Positions 25,440 to 37,966 are shown, numbered from the whole stretch's first letter. The stretch: DNA of 63,660 nt, filler included, from Octopus bimaculoides (GCF_001194135.2; 5 parts of 5 records of this genome joined end to end with filler, not necessarily neighbours in it); one strand, 5' to 3'. The notes: generated by a model from the sequence alone, not told the origin. Translations and numbers: made by a program.

Positions 25440-25610
25440 TTTTCTCTATCTGTTTATTTTCTCTTATTCCTTTCTGTTGAAGAGCGTAGGCTCGAAACGT
25501 ACAATACTTTTTTCACTTTCTCGATCGTCAAACTATTACACCTGCTTGTTGTCCATAGACCTGTCTTCGTCTCTTGTTTTTCTATAAATTTCAACTATAT
25601 ATATATATAT
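25440..25610 (+). mobile_element. Short Penelope-associated-like repeat carrying a degenerate minimal hammerhead motif
   Basis: CTGTTGA-A-GAGC-GTAG-GCTC-GAAA-C-GT-A at 25474-25501. Confidence 0.5.
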
Positions 25611-25720
25611 TATCTTTGTCTGGGGTGGGTGTACTTGTATAATTATGAAGGAAAATGAATAAATATAATAAAAACGTGTAAAATATTTTATATGTATATA
25701 CGTTATCTGTCTCCTTGTCT

Positions 25721-25758
<38 letters not shown>

Positions 25759-27098
25759 CTATAATTTGTACTAGAAGATGCTTATATTACATTTTTATTT
25801 AAGCATTTTGAGTTATTTGTTGACAATAAGGTAATGTTTATTTTTAAAACTATTTATACATTAAATTTAAATATTTTCGAATGGTATTTAATAATTAGAA
25901 ATAATATGATATTAAATAAATCAATTTCGATCTTATAAAAAAACATTATTTACAATCTTTCTTAGTAACTGGTTGCATATATGCATGGGTTGTATGTATG
26001 TTTGGGTGTGTATTTTTGATGTTCAATTCATTATATATTATTTATATTAACTATATAAATGCATTTGACTTGTAATCACTTTGTTTTCAATTGATAACAC
26101 TTGCTATAACTATTTCAAGTGAAGGATTAAAACCTCCAATTTGTTTTTTGAATTAATAATAATTTGGTAAATAATTAATGATTATTATGCAACCAGTCAC
26201 TCTGTATAATAACTTCCGTTTCTTCTTGTATCTTTCATTCTTATTCTCTGTATTTATATGTGTATATATGTGTGCATGTGTGTGTATGTATATATGTATA
26301 CATATGTATGTATGTCTGTATGATTTATGCATGTATACATATATGTATGTATGTATATACACAGTCAGTACCATATATATTTCTCAGCAAGTCCGTTAAT
26401 GACAGCAGAGGTAAAGATTAAAGATTTATACTGATCAAATTACACTGGCAGGAGAGACTCACAGGTATTCCAATTACAAAAAAGCCATTAAAAATATTGC
26501 AGAGACAGACAAAATTTGCTGCCTGTGATTTTTTTTAAAACTGTAATGCTGCATACAGAAATCCAAGCAGTTAAAACAAATAAGCCTGTTCAGCTATTAA
26601 ACTATGTTTCATAGCAATATGGTTGTTACCTTTATTGATTTCATTGTTGAATATATATCTATATTTCCGTGACACAAACTATCACATTTCCGGACATAGA
26701 AAAAACCCCTGTCATGCACGAGTATAAATTAAAACAAATATGATGAAACATTTGACAGAAACATATTAGTAATGAAATATTAAGAAGTTATAATTATCAA
26801 GGTTGAAACCAAATAAAATAGTGACATCAGTCGACGATGCCTATTTTTCTTCGCTGGATTATCTGAAGTCAAAAATAAGCAAATCCCACTCCAAATATAA
26901 ATTGGTGCCTAGCTGCATAACACGGTTAATGTATTCGTGTGCTGGAAAGAAAGGGGATCATCATGGCTAGAATACATTTAATCATAAGTATGTTCAATGG
27001 AGATTAGCCTGATCAGCGAGGAAGGACCAATACTCTTAAGATATGTTAATAAGTCGTATTTTAATTTCGTCGTCGTGTATATTAATTCATATACATTA

Positions 27099-27153
<55 letters not shown>

Positions 27154-27324
27154 TGTGTGTGAAGCGAATGCAGCTTGGAAGACACAAGTTAGCCATTCAA
27201 AACCTTACAGAACCTATCAACTTCACCTAAAATTGAGTTGTCTATATCACATATAGACAACTATAACATACATACATGCATATAAATATGCGGAGAGAGG
27301 AGAGAGAGAAAGAGCGAATAAAAG

Positions 27325-27348
27325 GTAGGTAGATTGGTAGATAGATAC

Positions 27349-27416
<68 letters not shown>

Positions 27417-27434
27417 GCAGACAGACAGACAGAC

Positions 27435-27484
<50 letters not shown>
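27325..27484. repeat. (GATA)n/(GACA)n microsatellite
   Basis: Seen directly. Confidence 0.95.
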
Positions 27485-28244
27485 GTTTCTTTATTAGCCA
27501 CACAGGGCTCAACACAGAGGGGACAAAATACAAATGTACAGTTTTTTCTTTTCGAGGGGGGGGCGAAAACAAAGCAGAAAAATANNNNNNNNNNNNNNNN
27601 NNNNNNNNNNNNNNNNNNNNNNNNNNNNTTAATTAATTAANNNNNNNNNNNNNNNNNNNNNNNNNNNNNNNNNNNNNNNNNNNNACCGCCTCACACACAT
27701 ATATATCATAATTGGCAATATAATGCTAAAATAGATATATATGAAAGTAACTATGTTTATATTTGCAGAAGTGTTTATCTTTTATGTATTGAAAATATTT
27801 TAAAGAACGAAAGTATTCGATGATGAAAGCATTTCGGAATTAATTAGGTACGCTAACCTCCAATATTTCAGAAATTTTAATTGCATTCTTTTTCATAAAT
27901 ATCATAAATATCAGTATTCTTTTAATGTATAACAATTAAAAAAATTTACGCATTTTAAAATTCCTTATTATTATTTTATTCTGCTTGTTACTGCCTGGCT
28001 TTTCCGAGTGTTACACTCAAGTTATCAATAGAAGTTATTACTAGAATGAAAGAAATACACATAGAGAGAAGGTGGGGAGGGAGAGAGAGACGGTTTTGTA
28101 TTATTAGAGAGAGAGTGAAGGAAAGGTAGGAGGTGAATATTATTCTGTATTTGTAAGTTGAAAACGCAGGCACGCTCGAAATGTTTAACAACAAAACAAT
28201 GTCATGAAGATCTATAAATTTACGTTTTAAAAAGATTATATTCA

Positions 28245-28404
28245 GGCTGTGTGGTAAGTAGCTTGCTTACCAACCACATGGTTCCAGGTTCAGTCCCACT
28301 GCGTGGCACCTTGGGCAAGTGTCTTCTACTATAGCCTCGGGCCGACCAAAGCCTTGTGAGTGGATTTGGTAGACGGAAACTGAAAGAAGCCCGTCGTATA
28401 TATG

Positions 28405-28435
<31 letters not shown>

Positions 28436-28650
28436 ATGTTTGTGTGTCTGTGTTTGTCCCCCCCAACATCGCTTGACAACCGATGCTGGTGTGTTTAGGT
28501 ACCCGTAACTTACCGGTTCGGCAAAAGAGACCGATAGAATAAGCACTAGGCTTCCAAAGAATAAGTCCTGGGGTCGATTTGATCGATTAAAGGCGGTGCT
28601 CCAACATGGCCACAGTCAAATGACTGAAACCAGTGAAAGAGTAAAGAGTT
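28245..28650 (+). mobile_element. SINE family A, near full length
   Basis: A box GGCTGTGTGG, B box GGTTCAGTCCC, central (TA)n(TG)n, tail ATGACTGAAAC. Confidence 0.88.
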
Positions 28651-29107
28651 AGTTAAATTAAAGTGAAATAACGTTAGGAAATAGCTGTGGAAGTTACACT
28701 TTTATCTTTTACGCGTTCCAGACCAACGCCTGTGGCCACGTTGGGACAACGCTGTTATTCATTTTTTTTCTTTCTCGTTATTAGGTTTAAATACTTATCA
28801 GTTTTATAAAACTAAGCAGATACACCCATCGGCAGAAGGGTGAGTAGATATGATTATGATAGCTACTTAGACAGACAGGCGGGCAGGCAGACAGGCAGGC
28901 AGTAAGTCGAACAGGTAGGTAGGTAGGTGAGCCCACCGATATATCAAAAGTTATGCAAATAGAAAGATATATTAACAGATATACAAATAGATAGATTGCT
29001 GAATTCCAGTGGAATGAAAAGAAATAAAAATATTCTTCCATTAGTTCCATTCACTTGGTTTTGGTTAGATCAGGGCTACCGTTGAAGTAACTTGCACAAG
29101 GTGTTGT

Positions 29108-30912
29108 ACTGTGGAGCAATAACACAATCCAACAGGTATTTTGTTGTCAGTGCGTTTTTACCCGATTTGAAAGTTTTTTGACATGAAGAATCTAAAAACG
29201 GAATACAATTTTCACTTTCATGTCCAGATTTTAAAATACCGCCCCACCCCCCACCCCATCAATTTTAGTAATTTTCTTCATTTTTCAGAAAAATGCGTCG
29301 CTTACCTGTGAAATTTTGTACAAAACTTCACGAGCTTGATGACCAGGAATTCTCAACCGAGCCAGATGAAGACAGATGATCCTGATTAGTTTGGCACTAG
29401 CTCATCAAACCCTCAGCTATTTGATCAAAATGAACAACTCAGTAACTTGGTAAGGAACTTGTACAAAGTATATATTTTATATAACTCACTGTATAAAGGT
29501 GCAAAAAGGAGGTCAAAAACCACGAAAAACAGCACCAAACGATGCAACTTATACAATGTATATACAATGAATTGATAAAGAACTTATATTAATACAAAAG
29601 AATTTGCAGAAATTCTTGCGTCTCGATTAAAAGGAAAACATCCTTCTTAAAGAAGAAATCAAAGTCATCTTTTATCACACTAGGGATGCTGAATTTCTTC
29701 TGCTCTTCACAGAAAATGATGAGTTAGTGCATTGCACAAACATTGAAAGGCTGCTTCGAAAGGTGGGATTAACTAGTGTTTGAACCTATGACGCAACTGA
29801 TTGGCGCCTTTTTATTGATAACTCGAAAAGAAGTTTGAAATGTGTTCAGTTTGATAATGAAAATATATTGCTTCTGTTCCACTTAACAAAACTAGCGATG
29901 AAATATGAAGTCATGAAGGCTGAGCTGGAGAAAATTAAGTACTACAGACATCAGTGGGTGGTGTACGTGGACTTTAAGATGATCGATTTTCTCCTTGGCC
30001 AACAAAGTAGATACACTAAATATCCAAATTTTTTATGTCTGTGGGATGGCAAAGTCCGGGAAAAACATTTTGATCTAAGAATGGCTGCAGGGATCATTAG
30101 TTCCAGGGCACTTCCACTCTATATAAAACTTGGCATTATGAAGTAGTTTGTTAAAGCTCTGGATAATGATGGACCATGCTTTCACTATATCTGCAGCAAA
30201 TTTGGAACATTTGATGGACCTCAGATCAGACAATTGATAAAAGATAGGAACTTTGTAAATTCAATGAATTGCATTGAGGCAGTGGCTGGAATTAATTTGT
30301 AATAGTTATAAATGACTTTCTGAGCAACAAGAAAGCAGTCAGTTATACTGAAGTAGTTGAAACACGCTGGAGAACTTTCAAAAGTTGGTAGGAAATATGA
30401 CAGTAGAACTGCACCATGTCCACAGTCACTTTGATAAATTCTTCTGAAAATCTAGGTGACACAAGTGACGAGCAAGGAGAATATTTCCATCAGGACAAAA
30501 ATTCAATGGAACAAAAGTATCAAGGCAGATGAGACTTGCATATGATAGTGAACTATATGCTGAATCTTGGTTAGTGATCTTCCTGAGGTTCAGAGATGAA
30601 GAAAAATCATCCAAATGCATATTCATCGGAAATTAGACATAAACAATGATATAGAAATATGATTGTAGAAATTTTAAGATTTTTACTAGTTTTTCAGTGG
30701 AATTTTAAGAAAACATTTTGGTTTTGAAGAAAAAACAATTTCTATTTCTTGTTCCTCAACAACAGTCTTGTTGGAAAAACAATGACACTCTATGGATTTA
30801 TTATCTTAAAACCTTGACGTGATGGTAAAATTAGATGTCATTTTCAGATTCAGGGTGTCAAAAAAAAAACACTTGTTTAGGTCCAGATTTTTTTATCAAA
30901 TGCCTCTCCTGT
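29108..30912 (+). mobile_element. Decayed Chapaev3-like (CMC) DNA transposon
   Basis: Fragments DWRLFIDNSKRSLK, VDFKMIDFLLGQQSRYTKYPNFLCLWD, LYIKLGIMK*FVKALD, DGPQIRQL and ENLGDTSDEQGEYFHQD match recalled Chapaev3 transposase motifs. Termini are degenerate, so boundaries are approximate. Confidence 0.65.
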
Positions 30913-30924
30913 GAACGAGCTCAT

Positions 30925-31100
30925 TCCCTCTGTCAAATTGATATTACCTGAACAGGAGCAAGATGCAGTGTGACACACCTTATATCGAACTGATTGCAGA
31001 ATGAAATATTTTTCTAAAGAACACAACACATCGCCTGGTCCGAGAATCGAAATGACGATCTTGCGACTGTGAAGGCAACACCCTCACCACTAGGTCACTT
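30925..31100 (-). mobile_element. SINE family D, diverged 5' part
   Basis: AAAGAACACAACACATCGCCTGGTCCGAGAATCGAA...CACCCTCACCACTAGG. Confidence 0.6.
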
Positions 31101-31705
31101 GCACACACACACACACATGCATATTTAAAAAGGAGAGCAAGTTATCTCTTCTGTCCGTAGACTGTGGTGTCACCTTGGGAAAGTGCTAGCAACTTCTTAA
31201 CGTTCCGTACCAGGAATACGGTGAAGGTGTCGGCAGTAGGACGTTGGATAACCGACAAGGCGGAGGAGTCCTAAACTAACGGCTTGAAGGTTATTGCGAA
31301 CAAGTGGAAGATCTGTACCAACAGACAACGGTTGGGCGTCAACTAGATAGATAGATAGATAGATAGATATTGCTTCCACCACAACCACATGCAAGCCCGG
31401 GTGCTATAGCACAATTAATAATTGTCAGGGAGGAGCATTCTGGACCATTTGTCTTAGTACAAGTGAATTGTTATAGGTGGCTACTGATTGATTGCTCAGT
31501 TCAACACGACATTTAAACTTTCATCAGCTGACATTAGTTGCTGTCTATTGTTGTTTTAGATCAATATTTGCAACATCTTTCATCTAAATTGAGTTATTCT
31601 GATTAATGTGGCAGATGTTGGTTTTATTTCCATTAAGATGTGGTGTAAGGAGAAATGACTGACACAACATGACACTAGATTATTTTTACTTCAAAGAATA
31701 GAATA

Positions 31706-31927
31706 CTGGTTTACTAATTTCTAGAACCAGACCACCCCATCCATTTTTTTCTCTCGTGGTAAACTCTTTTGTCGTCAGCATTTTCGCCGTAAACTCTGTT
31801 GCCGTAATAATTTTTCCTGTTGGTGCAAACATTCTTGCATCTCTGCTATAATGTTTGGTATACAACAAAGGCACTCTATTCGAACAGTATAGTTCGTAGT
31901 GTCTGGTTGTTAGAAATAAAGCACCAG
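31706..31927. mobile_element. Possible small MITE
   Basis: Imperfect terminal inverted repeats (CTGGT..ATTTCTA..AACCAGAC) with TA on both flanks and short internal GTAAACTC repeats. Confidence 0.35.
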
Positions 31928-32228
31928 TAACAATAATAACATGGGTAAACTAATAACATTTGGTTATCTAGTTAGTTCAGTCTTCTACTTTATAAATGCT
32001 GTTTTATAAAGTTTTTTTGTTTGTTTGTAACGAGCAAACTATGAACCGAACAATAGATTCAAACGTGGTACACATTTTTATATATCTATATGACCCTATC
32101 TACCTGCTCTGAAAGTTTCAGCGCCTCGTTGATGATTTGAAGAGGAAATGTGAGAAAATGTACTTTGGTGTTCACATACAGTTTGTTTTTATATAAATGT
32201 ATGAGTGTGTGTGTGTGTCTGTGTGTGT

Positions 32229-32392
32229 AAGGCGCAGACGTGACTGTGTGGTAGGAAGCTTGCTTCCCAACCACTTGGTTTTGGGTTCAGTCCCTCTGCG
32301 TAGCAACGTGGGCAAGTGTCTTCTACTATAGTCCAGGACCGACGAAAGCCTGGTGAGTAAATTTGGTAGACGGAAACTGAAAGAAGCCTGTC

Positions 32393-32397
<5 letters not shown>
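32229..32397 (+). mobile_element. SINE family A, 5' half
   Basis: Head through GGAAACTGAAAGAAGCC, then (TA)n. Confidence 0.8.
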
Positions 32398-32458
<61 letters not shown>

Positions 32459-32499
32459 TATAAATAATATATATATATACGTATATGTGGTCACAGGAC

Positions 32500-32985
32500 G
32501 TCATGAAACGTGTACAACAAGAAAATAAGGAAAAACAACGAAAGACACAAATGAAAAACAAGACAAACAACATAAAGAACGACCCTTCATCAGTTGTTGG
32601 TTGTTTTTTCTAATCTCGTAATTCGAGCATTTAACAACAATATACGCTTTCAATAAAACAGTTGCCACCACAAAGCAAATTAAATAAAATTTAGGATTTT
32701 GCAGAGGGTCAAAATTTGGTAACACAAAACAGGGCAGTGAAAAGTAACAGCAAGGGCTGTTAAGCCTAAACGCGGTTGTGGTGGCGAACGCGTAAATCAA
32801 GCTTGGACAGGAGACAAACAAGAATAGGTCTTCCTTGTTCCAGCTACAACGGAGAGAAAGAAAGAAACACAAATTAGGAAAAGAAAGAAAGATGGCCAAT
32901 GTCACGTGGGAGCCACGTGGGCAAGGGAGGAGTGAGGGAGAGTAACAGAGTAATAGGTTAGAATAATGGGAAAAGGGGAGATAAA
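32500..32985 (-). mobile_element. Interspersed repeat with hammerhead-like half-cores (same family as about 17425-17540)
   Basis: The minus strand has TTGAA-AGCGT..ATGCT-C-GAA followed 31 nt later by CTGATGAAGGG. The downstream T-rich sequence resembles 17461-17540. Confidence 0.45.
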
Positions 32986-32997
32986 AGAATAAGAAAG

Positions 32998-33665
32998 GGA
33001 TCTATTTTAAAACGGGGGCGCCAGTTTTCATTTATGTTTTATGTAGTGTTTTTGGTACGGAAAGACTTTCAAACTTCGTATACTTATCTATTTTGTGTTA
33101 TAGAACAGAAAAATATTTTTGTATTCGAATTTATTTCATGTAAAAAATTGTCTTATTTCGATAATTTCTACTAATCACTGACGTCTATTCAGTTGAAAAC
33201 AGTTAGCGCTGTAACGGTGTATATCGTATTAATCCCCTAACCCTAACCCTAACTAGACTGTTAACCGTAACCGTAACCGTAACCCTAACCCTAAAACTAA
33301 CCCTAACTCTAGAATCCGAACTCTAAAATTGTTACACACATAGATACGCACAGCGTAATTCAATATATAAACAATATATGCGTATAAATTACGATTAAAC
33401 CGGATGAAATATGTCACAGGGAATAACATTTTTATGACCGCCCAGCAGTAAGTCTATTCAGCTGAATAGACCGTCAGTGATTGGTTGAAATTACAGAAAT
33501 ACGACAACTTTAACATGGAATAACTTGCGAATTCCTTTTTTTTGTTAAGAAGACTAAGAGTAAAAGATGTTTTATATGACACATTCTACCAGTGTCCCAA
33601 GTTTCAAAGTGTTTCGTTAGTGTTTCGTTAAGAAAATACTGGCGCCCCCGTTTTAAAATAGATCC
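32998..33665. mobile_element. Merlin-superfamily non-autonomous element (MITE) with internal telomere-like repeats
   Basis: Perfect 28-bp TIRs GGATCTATTTTAAAACGGGGGCGCCAGT (32998-33025 and 33638-33665). 8-bp TSD TAAGAAAG (32990-32997 and 33666-33673). GG termini with an 8-bp TSD fit Merlin. Confidence 0.85.
33235..33325. repeat. Interstitial (CCCTAA)n/(CCGTAA)n telomere-like repeat
   Basis: Six perfect CCCTAA units, three CCGTAA variants and further degenerate units. Confidence 0.85.
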
Positions 33666-33754
33666 TAAGAAAGAGAAAGAGAAAAAAAAGAAAGAGTAAA
33701 AAGATCGTATAGAGTGCGCATCAGAATTATTAAGACAAAATTTACTTGGTTTCT

Positions 33755-33950
33755 ATGTGTGTGTGTCTTTGTATCTGTGCTTGTGCCCCTCTTTCCGCTT
33801 GACAACCGGTGTTAGTGTATTTACGACACCGTAACTTAGCGGTTCGGCAAAAAGGGTATGATAGAATAAGTACTAAAACCATTCAAGTCGGTGCCCCAGC
33901 ATGGCCGCTGTCAAAATGACTGAAAGAAGTAAAGGATAAAAGATAAAATA
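33755..33950 (+). mobile_element. SINE family A, 3' half
   Basis: GCTTGACAACCGG...CCGTAACTTAGCGGTTCGGC...ATGACTGAAAGAAGTAAAGG. Confidence 0.75.
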
Positions 33951-33957
33951 ACCCCGA

Positions 33958-34066
33958 GGACTGTGATCTAGAACCTAATTATCCAAGGACTGTGTCCTAG
34001 AACCCAATTATCTGGGGACTGTGTCCTGGAACCCAATTATCCAGGAACTGTGTCCTAGAACCCAGT
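33958..34066. repeat. 29-bp minisatellite, about 3.8 units
   Basis: Units start at 33958, 33987, 34016 and 34045; consensus GGACTGTGTCCTAGAACCCAATTATCCAR; no spacers. Confidence 0.9.
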
Positions 34067-35029
34067 TCACTCTACCACTCTTCCGATCACTTTCTCATAT
34101 CAGTAACATTATAGTATCGATATCTGTTGTGGTAGTGGTATTAATACTTACTTGTCGAATGGAAATTTGCAAGATTGCAAAACCTGAGCTTCTGAAACAA
34201 GAATGATTTTTCAAGAAAACTCTCTAGCATTCACTTGAATAAAATACAATCATGAGGATTACGTTTTCTATCACGCGACAAGATTTAGTTATTGTTCAGA
34301 GAATAAACGTATTTAATTCATAATTTATTATTGGTAATAAGTTATTAAAGACTGACGTGTAATTTCCCCAAGATATATTAATAACACGTCAGAAAACAAA
34401 CAACTTCATAGGTCATAAATTCCACGGCCACGTCACACCAGCTTTATTAAAACTGAGAGAACAGGTGTGAGAAATTGAATTATATTGATTGGTCGTAATT
34501 GTCGAATGTCAATGAAAATAACACCTGCTTACGGGTGAACTGGTGGGAAGAGGAAATAGAATCTATATTTTGGAGATAAAAGTATAGTTATAGAAAAATA
34601 TATACAACCATCAATATAATATATACCTTTACACACATGCACACACACATGAACACACACACACATACACACATAGGTGCAGGCGCGGCTGAGTGGGAAG
34701 AAGTTTGCTTCTCAACACATGGTTCCGAGGTGTTACACTGCACCCTGGGAAAATGTCTTCTACTATTGCCTCACGGATTTGGTAGACGGGTGCGTGCTGC
34801 TTATCTATTCATATATTGCGAACATGGACGAACGATTGCTATTTCTAGCCGACAAGTATACCACTACTGAGTAAGGGTGTGACCTTGAAACCCGCTGGTC
34901 TACCGGTTTTGTCGTCGCTAGATGGGAATTGTTCGCTCCCTTGTTCGCAATATATCGGACACAGATAGTGTGTCGTTAACCGGCTGGAGGAAGTGTCGTG
35001 AAATTTGTTCAGAAATTGTTTCCATTAAC

Positions 35030-35610
35030 AAACGTAGAAAAATGGTACGAACTGAAGAAGAACCTATGCAAATCGATGAGTTTCGGTTTGCAAGACGCTA
35101 AAAATACAACAGAGGCAGAACGCTGCAAGGAGACCATGTCCCTGATTCATCTGATAGCGAAGCTGAAGTAGAAAACACCAGAAACCATGGAAGACGCATT
35201 GATGGACCCTGGGTCTTTGGATTGAAGAAGGTGCAGATTGCTGCTATTTTTATGTAGAAAAAAGAAATCGTGAAACAAGAAGCCATAATTCAGAGAGAAG
35301 TTGCAGAAAATTCGGTTATTCATTACGACGAATGGCCAGCGTACTCCAATCTAAATCGTCTCAATTTCCGCCATTCTACTGTGAGCCGCCAAAGACATGC
35401 TGATCCAAACACTGGAACCAATACTAAAGCAACTGAAAGAACCTGGTTGGATTCGAAAATTCGTACTTTGGAAAAGATGAGAGGAGTGAAGCAAAGAGCC
35501 TTCCAATCTTACCTTGATTATTTCTGTTGGCTACAGATGAGGAGGAAGATTGCTGAAGACCTTTTCCTTGCGTTTCTAGCAGATATTCGCTCAACTCATC
35601 GATAAAATTG
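35030..35610 (+). mobile_element. Merlin/IS1595 (ISXO2-like) DDE transposase relic
   Basis: MQIDEFRFARR*KYNRGR, PWVFGL, VIHYDEWPAYSNL, HSTVS..DPNTGTNTKATERTW, RG..FQSYLDYFCW. Stops and a frameshift. Confidence 0.8.
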
Positions 35611-36149
35611 TTCAAATTTTATTTCATCTTTATTATCAAATTGTTATTTAAATTTTTTATAAATTCTTTTGTACATACTTAGCATTGTAAATGCACTTTT
35701 TTCAAGTTCTTACTATTATGAAAAGTTAGCAAATTTTCAGTCTTTCCCTTTTCTTCGAGCTTCATTCATTTTCCCATCACAACGATGACATGGTGCAACA
35801 TTTTCCTCATCCTCTAAAAAGCCATTTCTTCGTAAAAATGCAATTGCCTTCGTCTTGTCGTTGATCACATCGTAAAAATCATTAGCCAAAATTTTAAGGG
35901 GTTTTAGAAATCGAAAAGTAAACTATACAATAACCTAAAGTAAATACCCTTTAAGTTATAGATCACACACCAAGTACACCAAGGGATTTTAGAAACTGAA
36001 ATGTAAACTAAAATGTAACCTAAAGTACTCGTTCCTTAAGTTGTAGATCATACGCCGTGTTTTCTTTCTTGATAAATATTGTAGCATTTGGGTGTGCTAA
36101 CACAACATCCACTTTTAAGGGAATTTCTTCCCTAAGGTGTCCAGGATAG

Positions 36150-36550
36150 ACCTGGATCCAACAGAAGATGCACCAGAAGTGTGAACGCAATCAGCACTCA
36201 AGTTCGGGAATATATCGGGTTAGCCGGAACTACCCTCAAGCGGCGCCTGTACAACCACAGGTCCTTTTTCCGGATTCCGGAAAGATGATTTATCACGTCT
36301 CTGTCAAGTCACATGTGGTACCTTAAAGATGAAGGGGCCCCATACGATATTAAGTGGAGGATCATAGAGTGGCTGGGATCCCATATCAACGGGAGCGGAC
36401 GATACAAGTTTTGCATAGCTGAGCGAGCAAGGATCCTCAAGTCTCCCCAGAACCAGAATTGCTGTTTAAATTTCCGACACGAGATTTATAGCATTCCCCA
36501 TTTATCGATTAAATCTGAAAAAAGTCGTAACGGGCTAGAAGCAACCTAAG
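36150..36550 (+). mobile_element. Penelope-like GIY-YIG endonuclease relic
   Basis: One frame reads EYIGLAGTTLKRRLYNHRSFFRIPER*FITSLSSHMWYLKDEGAPYDIKWRIIE...CIAERARIL...LNFRHEI. Confidence 0.75.
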
Positions 36551-37353
36551 GGTGGGGTTCTCCGTTCGCCATTTTAGCCCATATGGAATACATAATTTCT
36601 AATACAGACATACGTACGTACTTATGTATGTATGTATGTATGTATGTATGTAGTAAATATTTAAAAATGTTTAAAAAGCATAAAACTAGACTTGCATCTT
36701 CTAATAGCCGGAACCTCGCGTAAATTATAGCAGCATACAACGCGAATAAGTTAAGTAATTTCAATGAGAATACTGATGGGAATAACTCAAATATAAATAG
36801 TGAATTAGCAATAAATAGTAACGATGTTAATATAATGGACCAGGCTAGGGTCGCAAAGAATAGCTATAGCAGAAGCACTAATCAAAAGGAAGTAACCGTA
36901 ACTAACTCAAATGCGAGACTAAGAAAGAAAGACAAGAACGCTAGAAAATGCTGTACTCAGAATGTCATCAATGGGAATAGCGGAAATAACTTGAAACATA
37001 GGCGAAATAAGTTAGAAATTTCCCTGAATGACACCAACATAAAAAAATAATAATAGAATTAGAAAAGCTAATACCTGTGGTTTCACAAGGAATAGACAAT
37101 GCCCATTAAACTACTAATGTAAGATTTAAAATGTGATTTACAAGTGCAGAGTTACATAAGAAGACAAAGAGTATTTGCATATAGGTGCCAGCTCACGTTT
37201 TATTAAAGAATAGCTAACCATGAAAATTCTTTGAGATATAGAAACAAGAAAAAGTGTGAAAGCCATTGTGGTGTTGATCAAACATATCTGTTAAGTCACT
37301 AGCAATGATAATGAAGTTACTTCCAGTCAATGTATTACACAACACGTATTTAA

Positions 37354-37389
<36 letters not shown>

Positions 37390-37651
37390 TCTTACTCTTT
37401 TCTCTTTTACTTGTTTCAGTCATTTGACTGCGGCCATGCTGGAGCACCGCCTTTAGTCGAGCAAATCGACCCCAGGACTTATTCTTCGGAAGCCTAGTAC
37501 TTATTCTATCGGTCTCTTTTGCCGGACCGCTAAGTTACAGGGATGTAAACACACCAACATCGGTTGTCAAGCGATGTTGGGGGGACAAACACAGACACAC
37601 AAACATATATATATACATACATACGACGGGCTTCTTTCAGTTTCCGTCTAT
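37390..37651 (-). mobile_element. SINE family A, running into a gap
   Basis: Near-consensus 3' two thirds. Confidence 0.85.
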
Positions 37652-37966
37652 NNNNNNNNNNNNNNNNNNNNNNNNNNNNNNNNNNNNNNNNNNNNNNNNN
37701 NNNNNNNNNNNNNNNNNNNNNNNNNNNNNNNNNNNNNNNNNNNNNNNNNNNNNNNNNNNNNNNNNNNNNNNNNNNNNNNNNNNNNNNNNNNNNNNNNNNN
37801 NNNNNNNNNNNNNNNNNNNNNNNNNNNNNNNNNNNNNNNNNNNNNNNNNNNNNNNNNNNNNNNNNNNNNNNNNNNNNNNNNNNNNNNNNNNNNNNNNNNN
37901 NNNNNNNNNNNNNNNNNNNNNNNNNNNNNNNNNNNNNNNNNNNNNNNNNNNNNNNNNNNNNNNNNN

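Noticed and set aside
33958-34066. 29-bp repeats as a possible CRISPR array
   Set aside because: The units are contiguous with no spacers, there are no cas genes, and the context is eukaryotic.
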